This document shows positions 1 to 8,845 of a stretch of DNA of 64,000 nucleotides, piece after piece (position 1 is the stretch's first letter; the number at the start of each line of letters is the position of its first letter). The DNA lies in NCBI GenBank assembly GCA_030690305.1, contig JAUYHB010000027.1, forward strand, positions 15,670 through 79,669. The letters run 5' to 3'. Under the pieces are notes generated by a model. It was not told where the DNA came from. It saw only the letters and a list, made by a program, of their open reading frames with translations, and ran no database searches. Position numbers and translations under genes: made by a program. The DNA is from a bacterium. GTDB lineage: Bacteria > Patescibacteriota > Minisyncoccia > Phycocordibacterales > JAGLPS01.

Positions 1-215
1 CCACACCGAGCCGGGGTGAGAAGCGAATACATGAAGCTTCGCAAGACCGGACTGAACGAAGGTGAAGGAGGTGGGCTCGCAGGTTTTGCCAGTGGGCAAA
101 AACCTGTGAGGTAAGATTTTTCCATCAGGAAGTTTTTCGTGTCCGTAGGTTTGACAATTAGAATGAGTTAGGCTCTAATTGTCTGCAGAAGGTATCTCTT
201 TGAAAGGAGGCTTCT

Positions 216-482
216 ATGCTTGCTACTAAAGCAATCGAACGTGAAGTTTTTCAAAAAGGGGATCCAATAACAATATTGTTCGCCGGGACGGTTAGATTAA
301 AGGGTGTAGTAAAAGAAGATCTCGGGAAAAAAGTGCGGGTGACATTACATACCCCTATTTTAATCAGAGAAAAAGTGGTTTTTCAAAGTGGCATTTTGGG
401 GGTGAGTTATTCCTACGAAGCTCCTCTCAAAGAAGACTTTACCCGCGAAGTCGAAGTAAGTCCCGACTGTATCAATGTGTAA
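216..482 (+). CDS. hypothetical small protein (88 aa)
   Basis: ORF with GAAAGGAGG Shine-Dalgarno about 8 nt upstream and a hairpin terminator just downstream; no family recognised by eye. Confidence 0.55.
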   Translation: MLATKAIEREVFQKGDPITILFAGTVRLKGVVKEDLGKKVRVTLHTPILIREKVVFQSGILGVSYSYEAPLKEDFTREVEVSPDCINV

Positions 483-500
483 AGTGTGTGAAAAATGAAA

Positions 501-534
501 AAAGGCCTTGCGAATTTCGCAAGGCCTTTTGTTT
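501..534. terminator. rho-independent terminator between convergent genes
   Basis: GGCCTTGCG-aattt-CGCAAGGCC hairpin followed by TTTTGTTTG; lies between the 3' ends of the 216..482 (+) and 541..1050 (-) genes. Confidence 0.6.
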
Positions 535-540
535 GAACAA

Positions 541-1050
541 TTACTTCAAAACACAAAAACGTGAAAGGGATTTTATAATAGCCACTTTCTCGTCAGGGAA
601 CATACGTATCCCGTCTTCGGGTTTGAACGCCCTGTCTTCGTAAGAAAATGAACCATCGGTTCGATATGCGCGCATATCCCTGACCTTTTCCATATCTTCC
701 AGGGTGAAAGGAACAAGGTGGGTTTTTTGCATTATAAGGATGACTTTAGGCCAGGGAATTACGGACATAAAAATTACTTTTTGGTAATCGTCGAACACCT
801 GTGTTTTATGTACCTCCTCGAGATTGGTAAGAAAACCAAGCCCGGTTTCCTCTCCAAACTCCCGCAAGGCACACTGGTGGAAATTCCCATTATCGACTGA
901 CTCCATTTTTCCCACGGCCGTAATCTGATATCCCCCGGCCCATGACTCAAAGTCTCCTTTCTCGGAATTCCACAAAGGCCGTTTGGAAAGAAATGCGTAC
1001 CACTCCCTGTTGATTTCGGACAAGACAACTATTCCAGCAAACAATTTCAT
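541..1050 (-). CDS. Nudix hydrolase
   Basis: Nudix box GX5EX7REUXEEXGU visible as ...ALREFGEETGLGF...; AAGGAGG RBS upstream on the minus strand. Confidence 0.8.
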   Translation of the reverse strand: MKLFAGIVVLSEINREWYAFLSKRPLWNSEKGDFESWAGGYQITAVGKMESVDNGNFHQCALREFGEETGLGFLTNLEEVHKTQVFDDYQKVIFMSVIPWPKVILIMQKTHLVPFTLEDMEKVRDMRAYRTDGSFSYEDRAFKPEDGIRMFPDEKVAIIKSLSRFCVLK

Positions 1051-1191
1051 TACGCGCCTCCTTTTTTGAGATGGTATTTAATCCCACATCTTTCAAATTC
1101 TAGTCCTAATTATACCATATAAAATGATAAATGACAATTTATTATTTCACCTTTTTCATATTTTGCTGTATTATCCTTACATTGAAAGATA

Positions 1192-1265
1192 GGGCGGATA
1201 GTTCAGTTGGTTAGAACGTACGGTTCACATCCGTAAGGTCACAGGTTCGAATCCTGTTCCGCCCA
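1192..1265 (+). tRNA. tRNA-Val (anticodon CAC)
   Basis: Manual cloverleaf: acceptor GGGCGGA/TCCGCCC, U8A9, D-stem GTTC/GAAC, anticodon stem TACGG/CCGTA, loop TTCACAT, T-arm ACAGG-TTCGAAT-CCTGT, discriminator A. Confidence 0.85.
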
Positions 1266-1287
1266 CAGCGCGGAATGTGGAAAATTC

Positions 1288-1387
1288 TTTTTAGAGTCGG
1301 GATGTAGTGTAACGGTAACATGCACGCTTCGGGGTTAATTTTAGTGTCGGGATGTAGTGTAACGGTAACATGCACGCTTCGGGTGCG
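1288..1387 (+). repeat. tandem duplication (2 x 50 nt) of the 5' half of tRNA-Pro(CGG) plus about 10 nt of upstream flank
   Basis: 1288-1333 and 1338-1383 are identical except for one base (ttttag[a/t]gtcgggatgtagtgtaacggtaacatgcacgcttcggg). The first copy ends at tRNA position 37 and the second continues into the complete tRNA. Confidence 0.7.
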
Positions 1388-1419
1388 TGAGACTCCGGGT
1401 TCAAATCCCGGCATCCCGA
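1348..1419 (+). tRNA. tRNA-Pro (anticodon CGG)
   Basis: Acceptor CGGGATG/CATCCCG, U8A9, D-stem GTGT/ACAT with AACGGTA loop, anticodon stem CACGC/GCGTG, loop TTCGGGT, T-arm CCGGG-TTCAAAT-CCCGG, discriminator A. Confidence 0.8.
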
Positions 1420-1465
1420 CACTGGGATTAACCGGAAGTCCGGGGGACTTCCGAGGCTCGAAGAG

Positions 1466-1579
1466 GTGAGACTCCGGGTGAGATATGCTGGGGGCATATC
1501 GCAAGACCTTTTGAGATAATTTCTGAATTATCCAAAAGGTGTACAGAATCTGTAAGATTCAAATCCCGGCATCCCGACT
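1466..1579 (+). pseudogene. tRNA-Pro 3'-half copy (anticodon-stem 3' strand through acceptor 3' end) interrupted in the T-loop by a 78-nt hairpin-rich insert; probable tRNA fragment or pseudogene
   Basis: gtgagactccgggt (1466-1479) and ttcaaatcccggcatcccgac (1558-1578) are identical to the authentic tRNA-Pro 3' half (1386-1420). Between them lies a 78-nt insert (1480-1557) with two hairpins, GAGATATGC/GCATATC and CCTTTTGAGATAAT/ATTATC-CAAAAGG. The candidate 5' segment CTGGGAT-TA at 1422-1430 continues into an extra 9-bp hairpin (CGGAAGTCC/GGACTTCCG, 1433-1453) and no anticodon arm can be drawn, so a clean cloverleaf cannot be built. Confidence 0.45.
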
Positions 1580-1589
1580 CTGAAAAGAA

Positions 1590-1663
1590 GGGCCTGTAGT
1601 AAAGTGGTATTACACAGCATTCGCATTGCTGAGGCGGGGGTTCGATTCCCCCCAGGTCCACCA
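1590..1663 (+). tRNA. tRNA-Ala (anticodon CGC), CCA encoded
   Basis: Acceptor GGGCCTG/CAGGTCC with G3:U70 (the Ala identity pair), D-arm GTAA-AGTGGTA-TTAC, anticodon stem CAGCA/TGCTG, loop TTCGCAT, T-arm GGGGG-TTCGATT-CCCCC, then ACCA. Confidence 0.85.
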
Positions 1664-1665
1664 AA

Positions 1666-1736
1666 CGGGCTGTAGTACAACGGTAGTATATACGCATGGG
1701 GTGCGTATGACCCGGGTTCAACTCCCGGCAGCCCGA
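1666..1736 (+). tRNA. tRNA-Pro (anticodon GGG)
   Basis: Acceptor CGGGCTG/CAGCCCG, U8A9, D-arm GTAC-AACGGTA-GTAT, anticodon stem TACGC/GCGTA, loop ATGGGGT, T-arm CCGGG-TTCAACT-CCCGG, discriminator A. Starts 2 nt after the CCA of the preceding tRNA. Confidence 0.8.
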
Positions 1737-1780
1737 TAGTTGAGAGCGTTGTTTTTATTTGTTTAAATGAAACTTGTTAC

Positions 1781-1851
1781 GGGCCTATAGTATAGTAGTA
1801 GAACGCTTCCATGGCATGGATGAGGCGGGGGTGCGATTCCCCCTAGGTCCA
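1781..1851 (+). tRNA. tRNA-Ala (anticodon GGC), atypical and possibly degenerate
   Basis: Acceptor GGGCCTA/TAGGTCC with G3:U70, anticodon loop ATGGCAT, T-arm GGGGG-TGCGATT-CCCCC. Anomalies: D-loop AGTAGTA lacks the canonical G18-G19 pair, D-stem has an A.A mismatch, anticodon stem has a T.T mismatch. Confidence 0.55.
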
Positions 1852-2061
1852 CAAAAACTAGACACCGGCTTTATGTCGGTTGTTTTGTTTCTGTCGCGAA
1901 GCGTTGGGGAATCACAAGATGAAGCAAGCGCAAGCGTGCGAGCTGAGGTCGCGGAAATTGCTAGTAAATAAATATCTGTAACCGATTTCCTACGGATCTA
2001 CATCGACCGGAAAACTTGTGTTTTTGGACAAGAACGTTACTGTTCAATAATCTTTTTTGCA

Positions 2062-2110
2062 CCGCCCCGTGAGACAGGCACAGCCGCCATCTCACGGGGC
2101 TTTTTCTTTT
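2062..2110 (+). terminator. rho-independent terminator
   Basis: GCCCCGTGAGA...TCTCACGGGGC hairpin followed by TTTTTCTTTT; ends an about 200-nt non-coding stretch downstream of the tRNA cluster. Confidence 0.65.
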
Positions 2111-2145
2111 CAAAAAATATTAAGTGCTGTGTTACAATAGGGGGA

Positions 2146-3111
2146 ATGGAAGAATCTATAATCGGTTTTCCGGAACAATTTTCTTTTCACCCAGTCATTG
2201 AAAATGCAGACGCGCTCCGTCCGGCGGAACATTTTATTTTATGCGGCATGGGCGGTTCCCATCTTGCCGCGGGGCTCATAAAACTGTACGACCCGACGCT
2301 CAATCTTTCGGTTCACTATGACTATGCATTGCCTCAATACCCGCACGCGAAATTGAAAGAAGGCCTTCTTATCGCCAGTTCGTTTTCCGGAAATACCGTT
2401 GAAACGATTGATTTTGCACAAAAAGCCTTTGACCAGAAACTCAATCTGATAATTATCGCGTCCGGAGGAAAACTTCTCGAATTTGCGAAAATAAACAATA
2501 TACCGTATATCGCTCTTCCGGCCGTGCGTATTCAGCCGAGAAACGCCGTCGGGTATTCGTTGCTTGCCCTTGCCGAAGCGACATCGAATAAAATGCTTCT
2601 TAATACGTTATGGGGCATGCGGGGGAACTTGGATGCCATGCGGTTTAAGCAGGACGGAGAAATGCTTGCCGAAAAGTTGCAGGGAAAGGTTCCGGTGATT
2701 TATTCCTCAAATAACAACCACTCACTTGCATACAATTGGAAAATAAAATTTAACGAAACCGCGAAAATCCCCGCCTTTTTCAATATGTTTCCGGAACTCA
2801 ATCACAATGAGCTCGCGGGTTTTGACACGACCGAAGAAAAAAAAGCACTCATGCGTCCGTTTCATTTTATTTTTCTTCGGGATTCCAACGACCATCCTGC
2901 AATCATAAAAAGAATGGACATCGCGAAAGACTTGTATCTTACGCGGGGTTTCGATGTGGAGGAGGTGATGCTTACGGGCTCGCATGTCCTTGAAAAAGCA
3001 TTCAACTCGATTTTTCTTGCGGACTGGACGGCATTTTCCCTTGCTTCTTTTTACGGCGTTGACCCGGAACAAGTGCCTCTCATTGAGGAATTCAAAAGTC
3101 TTATCGCATAA
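2146..3111 (+). CDS. pgi: SIS-domain bifunctional phosphoglucose/phosphomannose isomerase (archaeal-type PGI/PMI)
   Basis: SIS motif ...ILCGMGGSHLAAG...; about 320-aa two-SIS architecture typical of PGI/PMI; sits next to a glucokinase-like gene. Confidence 0.75.
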   Translation: MEESIIGFPEQFSFHPVIENADALRPAEHFILCGMGGSHLAAGLIKLYDPTLNLSVHYDYALPQYPHAKLKEGLLIASSFSGNTVETIDFAQKAFDQKLNLIIIASGGKLLEFAKINNIPYIALPAVRIQPRNAVGYSLLALAEATSNKMLLNTLWGMRGNLDAMRFKQDGEMLAEKLQGKVPVIYSSNNNHSLAYNWKIKFNETAKIPAFFNMFPELNHNELAGFDTTEEKKALMRPFHFIFLRDSNDHPAIIKRMDIAKDLYLTRGFDVEEVMLTGSHVLEKAFNSIFLADWTAFSLASFYGVDPEQVPLIEEFKSLIA

Positions 3112-3114
3112 AAC

Positions 3115-3957
3115 ATGTACATGCTTTTCGACATTGGCGGAACAAAGATGCGTATCGCCGTCTCCGACGGGGGCCGTCAACTTGGAGAATATAAAATCGT
3201 TGAAACCCCGAAAGACTTTAACGAAGGAATGTCGCGGTTTGCATCCGTCGTCGCGGAATTAACTCACGGAAAAAAAGCCCAGGGCGCCGCGGGAGGTATC
3301 GCGGGCACTTTCTTGAAAGAAAAAAAAGAACTTGTCCGTTCTCCCCATTTGCGCGCATGGGTGGGAAAGCCCATTCAGGAAGAGTTGGAGAAAATTATCG
3401 GAGGAAAAGTGTTTATTGAAAACGATGCGGCTATTGTGGGGTTGGGAGAAGCGTTATACGGGGCGGGCAAAGGACACAATATTGTCGTATATGTCACTGT
3501 AAGCACCGGTGTCGGCGGAGCGCGCATTGTCAAAGGAATTATCGACCCTTCAACTGCCGGTTTTGAACCCGGACATCAGGTCATAGATATCGCTTCGGCC
3601 ATTGACCCAGTTGATAATCCTAACGGTACGCTTGAGAATTTCATATCTGGTTCGGCTATGGAAAAACGGTTCGGTGTTCCTCCGTGGGAAGTTACCGACA
3701 AGCATGCGTGGGAAGAAATGGCGGAGTGGCTGGCCTACGGTCTTTTCAACACCACATTATATTGGTCCCCTGAGGTCATCGTTTTGGGCGGCCCCATGAT
3801 AGTCGGGCGTCCGGGCATCGATGTTCATCTGACGACGCTGTATCTAAAGAAACTTCTTGAAGAGTTTTCATATATGCCCCTTATCAAAAAGGCACAGCTT
3901 GAATCTATCGGAGGCCTCTACGGGGCGCTTGCCCATTTGAACAGAGTAATAAGATAG
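3115..3957 (+). CDS. ROK-family sugar kinase (glucokinase-like)
   Basis: N-terminal DIGGTKMRIAV actin-fold phosphate-1 motif and ENDAAIVGLGEALYGAGKG ROK signature. Confidence 0.8.
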   Translation: MYMLFDIGGTKMRIAVSDGGRQLGEYKIVETPKDFNEGMSRFASVVAELTHGKKAQGAAGGIAGTFLKEKKELVRSPHLRAWVGKPIQEELEKIIGGKVFIENDAAIVGLGEALYGAGKGHNIVVYVTVSTGVGGARIVKGIIDPSTAGFEPGHQVIDIASAIDPVDNPNGTLENFISGSAMEKRFGVPPWEVTDKHAWEEMAEWLAYGLFNTTLYWSPEVIVLGGPMIVGRPGIDVHLTTLYLKKLLEEFSYMPLIKKAQLESIGGLYGALAHLNRVIR

Positions 3958-3965
3958 TGTAGTCT

Positions 3966-4223
3966 TTGAAGACTATTAAGATAAAAATATCGCCCATTAT
4001 GTTTGGAAATTTTTTGCTTAAACAATTTATCAAATCAAAACTGAAAGGGGTGCCCGATTCCGAAATCGACAGACTTATTTCCATTGTTGAAAAAAACCCC
4101 GATTTTTTCAAAAAAGTCGCTACCGAAGTGGAACAGAAGGTAAAAGGAGGACAAGACCAGAGCGCGGCGATGGCCGAGGTTATGAAAAAATACGAATCGG
4201 AATTGAAAAATATCGCCCACTAA
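3966..4223 (+). CDS. hypothetical small protein
   Basis: Open frame filling the glucokinase-ychF gap. Start is uncertain: TTG at 3966 or ATG at 3999. No family recognised. Confidence 0.35.
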   Translation: MKTIKIKISPIMFGNFLLKQFIKSKLKGVPDSEIDRLISIVEKNPDFFKKVATEVEQKVKGGQDQSAAMAEVMKKYESELKNIAH

Positions 4224-4233
4224 ATCATTTATC

Positions 4234-5334
4234 ATGCTTTCAATCGGAATTGTCGGGCTTCCAAATGTCGGAAAATCAACGTTGTTTAACGCGCTGACCC
4301 TCAAGTCTGTTCCCGCGGAAAACTTTCCTTTTTGCACCATTGACCCATCGGTAGGCATTGTTGCCGTGCCGGACGAACGGTTGTGGAAACTTACAACATT
4401 CAGCACATCGGCAAAAACCATTCCTGCCGCCATTGAATTTGTCGATATTGCCGGGCTTGTCAAAGGAGCCTCGGAAGGCGAAGGCCTTGGCAACCAATTC
4501 TTAAGTCACATCAGGGAGGTTGATGCCATTGCGGAAGTGGTGCGTATTTTTGAAGACCAAAACATCATTCACGTTGACGGGAAAATCCAGCCGCTGTCCG
4601 ACATTGAAACAATCAATCTCGAGCTTGTTTTGGCAGATTTGCAGACGGTTACGAAACGTAAGGGAAGTATTGAAAAAGACGCACGGCGAGGAGACAAAGT
4701 CGCGCTCATCGAATCGGGGGTATTGAATAAAATCGAGCCGGTTCTTAAAGAGGGGAAACCCGTTTCCACGCTCCAGTTTACGGAAGAAGAAAAACCCGTG
4801 CTTAGAAATCTTCACCTTCTGACCTCAAAACCGATTATGTATGTTCTCAACAAAAAAGGCGGGGGAACGAACCTTGATGAACTGAAAGACGAGCGCTGGA
4901 CGGCACTTTTAAAGTTTTTTGAAGACACTAACGCCAAGTGGACGATTGCCGACGCAAAAATCGAGGACGAACTCAAAGAACTTGTTGGAGAAGAAAAAGA
5001 AACGTTCCGCAAGGAACTTGGGGGAAAAGATGACGGTATCGACACGCTCATCAAAAAGGGATACGAATTGCTGAATCTCATTACGTTTTTTACCACGGGA
5101 GAAGACGAAAGCCGCGCATGGACGATACGCCGCGATTCAAAAGCGCCCGTTGCGGGCGCCGCAATCCATACCGACTTTCAGCACAGATTCATTTGTGCCG
5201 AAGTCATTCCGTGGAACACGCTTCTCGAAGCCGGCTCATACGGCACCGCCCGGGAAAAAGGCCTTCTGCGCACCGAAGGGAAGGAATATGTCGTTAAAGA
5301 TGGTGATGTGATTGAGTTCAAAATTGGTGCGTAG
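4234..5334 (+). CDS. ychF: ribosome-binding ATPase YchF (Obg-like ATPase)
   Basis: G1 motif [18 protein letters not shown]; C-terminal TGS-like end ...[14 protein letters not shown]; about 365 aa. Confidence 0.9.
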   Translation: MLSIGIVGLPNVGKSTLFNALTLKSVPAENFPFCTIDPSVGIVAVPDERLWKLTTFSTSAKTIPAAIEFVDIAGLVKGASEGEGLGNQFLSHIREVDAIAEVVRIFEDQNIIHVDGKIQPLSDIETINLELVLADLQTVTKRKGSIEKDARRGDKVALIESGVLNKIEPVLKEGKPVSTLQFTEEEKPVLRNLHLLTSKPIMYVLNKKGGGTNLDELKDERWTALLKFFEDTNAKWTIADAKIEDELKELVGEEKETFRKELGGKDDGIDTLIKKGYELLNLITFFTTGEDESRAWTIRRDSKAPVAGAAIHTDFQHRFICAEVIPWNTLLEAGSYGTAREKGLLRTEGKEYVVKDGDVIEFKIGA

Positions 5335-5404
5335 CTTGCTTACGTACCCTTTTTTTATCGTTAAAAAAGGAATATACTATACGTATATTCAATAAGTAAT
5401 TACT

Positions 5405-6349
5405 ATGGATACAACGCAGCCAACACAAAAACCCCGTACAACAGCCGCCGACTTCTTTCTCCATCTCGGAGTTATTGTCGCCTTGTACGTAACGGTAATC
5501 AGTTTTCTCAATCTCGTTTTCAGCCTTATTAACTATGTATATCCGAACTTGCCGCTTGAACAGGGGGTTCCGACAAGCGACCTGAGTATCCCCGTGTCTG
5601 CGCTTGTTATTTTTGCCCCGTTGTACATTTTTCTTTCATGGCTTCTCAATAAGCAATATGGCACCAACCCTTACAAGCGTGAGTTGGGAGTGCGAAAATG
5701 GCTGGTGTATCTTACGCTTTTTATCTCCGGTCTGGCGATTGCTATCGACCTTGTTGTTCTGGTGTACAGTTTCGTGAGCGGAGAATTAATCACTCTCGGT
5801 TTCCTCCTTAAGGTCTTGTCGGTCTTTACTGTTTTAGTCGCCGTTTTTTGGTATCATATTGCCGATTTGAAGGACAAAATAAACGCATCACAAAACAAAA
5901 AACTCGCAATTGCTCTTTCCGTTGTCATTATCGGCTTCATTTGTTTGAGTTTTGCCATTATGGGCTCGCCGTTTAAGCAAAGACTTCTGAAAATCGACGG
6001 TCGTCGAGTTTCCGACTTGCAAAACATTCAATATCAAGTGCTTAACTACTGGCAGTCAAAAGAGAAATTACCGACAACACTTGATGACCTTGTCGATTCT
6101 CTTTCGTACAACAAGGTTCCTGTCGACCCTGCTACCCAGTCCCAATATGAATATCGTGCAATTCCGCCCTTTTCCTTCGAATTGTGTGCTACCTTTGATC
6201 TTCCAAGTGAGGAAAGTGTAAAAAGTATTGCACAGCCCGAGTTTGTCAGCGACTATGAATTTGAAAACTGGAAGCATGAAAAGGGAAGAACCTGCTTTGA
6301 ACGCACTATTGACCCGGACAGGTATCCTCCGTATACCAAAGTAAGATAG
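5405..6349 (+). CDS. polytopic membrane protein, function unknown
   Basis: Several hydrophobic helices in the N-terminal 200 aa and a soluble C-terminal domain; no catalytic motif recognised. Confidence 0.6.
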   Translation: MDTTQPTQKPRTTAADFFLHLGVIVALYVTVISFLNLVFSLINYVYPNLPLEQGVPTSDLSIPVSALVIFAPLYIFLSWLLNKQYGTNPYKRELGVRKWLVYLTLFISGLAIAIDLVVLVYSFVSGELITLGFLLKVLSVFTVLVAVFWYHIADLKDKINASQNKKLAIALSVVIIGFICLSFAIMGSPFKQRLLKIDGRRVSDLQNIQYQVLNYWQSKEKLPTTLDDLVDSLSYNKVPVDPATQSQYEYRAIPPFSFELCATFDLPSEESVKSIAQPEFVSDYEFENWKHEKGRTCFERTIDPDRYPPYTKVR

Positions 6350-6361
6350 CTAAAAGAAGAG

Positions 6362-6392
6362 AAAGCGGCGGGAAAATCGCCGCTTTTTTCTG
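6362..6392 (+). terminator. rho-independent terminator
   Basis: AAGCGGCG-ggaaaat-CGCCGCTT hairpin followed by TTTTTTCT. Confidence 0.65.
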
Positions 6393-6406
6393 TATACTAG
6401 AGCAAT

Positions 6407-8845
6407 ATGGCGCAGGAATATAACCATTTGTCCATAGAAAAAAAATGGCGGGAGAAATGGGCAAAAGAAAAAATCTATAAAACAACGGAATTAGGTGACA
6501 AGCCAAAAGCCTATATTTTGGACATGTTCCCATACCCTTCAGGTGTGGGACTTCATGTCGGGCACCCAAAGGGCTACATTGCAACCGATATCTACTCACG
6601 TTTCAAGCATATGAACGGCTTCAATGTCCTGCATCCAATGGGGTGGGACGCATTCGGTTTGCCCGCGGAAGAATATGCCATTAAAAACAAAATTCATCCG
6701 CGCGTTGCCGTAGAGCAAAATATCAAACGCTACAAAGAACAGCTGGAAATTCTCGGATTCAATTATGACTGGGAGCGGGAAATCGATACTACCGACCCGA
6801 AATACTATAAATGGACGCAATGGATTTTTCTGCAGATGTTTAAAGACGGTCTTGCTTTCGAGTCGCACGAGCCGATTAACTGGTGTCCGTCATGTAAAAC
6901 AGGTCTTGCTAACGAAGACCTGGAAGGAGGAAAGTGCGAACGCTGCGGTTCGATTGTCGAAAAACGTCCGATTCGCCAGTGGGTCTTGAAAATCACCGAT
7001 TATGCGGAAGATTTGCTTGCCGACCTGAAAGATTTGGCATGGCCCGAATCCATAAAAGAATCCCAGCGAAACTGGATAGGGAAAAGTGAGGGAGCGGAAT
7101 TTGACTTCGAACTTGTGGATATTCCCGGCCAGCCCGATGGCAAACATAAGGTAAAAGTATTCACTACACGCCCCGACACGCTGTTCGGTGCGACCTTTGT
7201 AGCGATTTCCGCAGCGCGAGCGAAACTCTGGCTTGATATCGGCTGGAAAGCGAGCGAAGAAATAAAAAAATTCATCGAAAAAACTCTTGCCAAGGAAGCG
7301 GTTCGCGCGCTTAATGAAGTTCCGGAGAAGGAGGGAATGTTTACGGGCATATACGCAAAAAATCCCGCGAACAGAGAAAAAATTCCCGTATGGATTGCGA
7401 ATTACGTTCTCTCGGATTATGGAAGCGGGGTAATTATGGCAGTACCCGCCCACGATGAGCGTGATTTTGAGTTCGCCAAGAAATTCTCTATAGAAATTCG
7501 TCCTGTTGTTCTTTCAGGGGGTAGCGTCCAAATAGGTTGGACCATGGAAAAATATGCTGAAGAATGGAATGACCACTACGCTAAAAATGGCAAACTTTGG
7601 AATTCAGGTGAGTTTACTGGCATGGAAAGTGAGGAAGCGAAAAAGGAAATTATAAAGTTTGCAAAAGGAAAAGAAAAAATTCAGTACAAACTCAAAGATT
7701 GGGTATTCTCCCGTCAGCGATATTGGGGTGAACCTATTCCTCTCATCCATTGCAAAAAATGTGGTGTAGTTCCCGTGCCTGAAAAAGATTTGCCGGTGGA
7801 ATTGCCTGATGTGAAGTACTACGAACCGACCGGAACGGGGGAATCACCTCTCGCAAACATTTCAGAGTGGGTGAATGTGAAATGTCCGAAATGCGGCGGG
7901 GAAGCCAAGCGCGAAACAAATACAATGCCGCAGTGGGCCGGCTCGTGCTGGTACTACCTGCGCTACATGGACCCGAAAAATGACAAGGCGCTCGTTGACC
8001 CCAAAAAGGAAAAACACTGGGCTCCTGTGGACATGTATGTGGGAGGTACAGAACATGCCACGCGTCACCTTATCTATGCCCGTTTTTGGCATAAGTTTCT
8101 CTATAAAATAGGCGCAGTAAGCACCAAAGAGCCCTTCATAGCCCTTCGCAACCAAGGCCTTATCATGGGTACGGACGGACGAAAAATGAGTAAGCGGTTC
8201 GGAAATGTCGTTAATCCCGACGATATAGTTGCGCAATTCGGCGCGGACACCATGCGTGTATATGAAATGTTTATGGGTCCGTTTGAAGCGTCAATCTCAT
8301 GGAGTACGGACAATCTCGTGGGCTCACGGCGTTTCGTTGAGCGTGTCTGGAATCTCGCGCAAAAAGTTTCAAAAGAAGGAACCGTTTCGGACGAAACTCT
8401 TTTCAACCGTACCGTAAAGCAGGTGACCGAGGATATAGAAAATTTTCGTTTTAATACCGTCATATCGGACATGATGATATTGTTGAATTCTCTTGAAAAA
8501 GAAGAAAAAATTCCGCAAGCGATTTTTGAAACATTTATTACCCTTCTGTCTCCGGTTGCTCCACATATCACCGAGGAATTATGGCAGGCCTTGGGCTACC
8601 AAACCTCAATCCATCTTCAGCCGTGGCCGACATTTGACGTTGCAAAACTCGTATCCGAAACGGCCACAATTGCCGTGCAGGTAAACGGAAAAATCAGGGG
8701 GGAATGCACTGTCTCAAACACCGCAACAGAAGATGAAATTAAAACACAGGCACTTTCTTTAGAGTCCGTAAAAAAATGGACGGAAGGCAAGGAGATTAAA
8801 AAGACCATTTTCATAAAAGGAAAACTCATCAGTTTTGTTGTTTGA
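6407..8845 (+). CDS. leuS: leucyl-tRNA synthetase
   Basis: MFPYPSG...HVGHPKGY (HIGH region), editing/CP1 region, KMSKR (RKMSKRFGNVVNPDD); 812 aa. Confidence 0.95.
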   Translation: MAQEYNHLSIEKKWREKWAKEKIYKTTELGDKPKAYILDMFPYPSGVGLHVGHPKGYIATDIYSRFKHMNGFNVLHPMGWDAFGLPAEEYAIKNKIHPRVAVEQNIKRYKEQLEILGFNYDWEREIDTTDPKYYKWTQWIFLQMFKDGLAFESHEPINWCPSCKTGLANEDLEGGKCERCGSIVEKRPIRQWVLKITDYAEDLLADLKDLAWPESIKESQRNWIGKSEGAEFDFELVDIPGQPDGKHKVKVFTTRPDTLFGATFVAISAARAKLWLDIGWKASEEIKKFIEKTLAKEAVRALNEVPEKEGMFTGIYAKNPANREKIPVWIANYVLSDYGSGVIMAVPAHDERDFEFAKKFSIEIRPVVLSGGSVQIGWTMEKYAEEWNDHYAKNGKLWNSGEFTGMESEEAKKEIIKFAKGKEKIQYKLKDWVFSRQRYWGEPIPLIHCKKCGVVPVPEKDLPVELPDVKYYEPTGTGESPLANISEWVNVKCPKCGGEAKRETNTMPQWAGSCWYYLRYMDPKNDKALVDPKKEKHWAPVDMYVGGTEHATRHLIYARFWHKFLYKIGAVSTKEPFIALRNQGLIMGTDGRKMSKRFGNVVNPDDIVAQFGADTMRVYEMFMGPFEASISWSTDNLVGSRRFVERVWNLAQKVSKEGTVSDETLFNRTVKQVTEDIENFRFNTVISDMMILLNSLEKEEKIPQAIFETFITLLSPVAPHITEELWQALGYQTSIHLQPWPTFDVAKLVSETATIAVQVNGKIRGECTVSNTATEDEIKTQALSLESVKKWTEGKEIKKTIFIKGKLISFVV

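Noticed and set aside
1-114. Possible 3' end of an upstream + strand gene running into the window (open frame to TAA at 112-114)
   Set aside because: Only 37 codons are visible and the translation is not recognisable, so there is too little to support a feature call.
1431-1578. GGAAGUCCGGG and ACAGAAUC...CCCGGC strings reminiscent of the RNase P RNA P4 and CR-I/CR-V motifs
   Set aside because: The region is only about 170 nt between two tRNAs. The GGAAGTCC segment pairs back on itself as a simple hairpin, and the CCCGGC belongs to the duplicated tRNA-Pro 3' half. There is no room or context for a full RNase P RNA.
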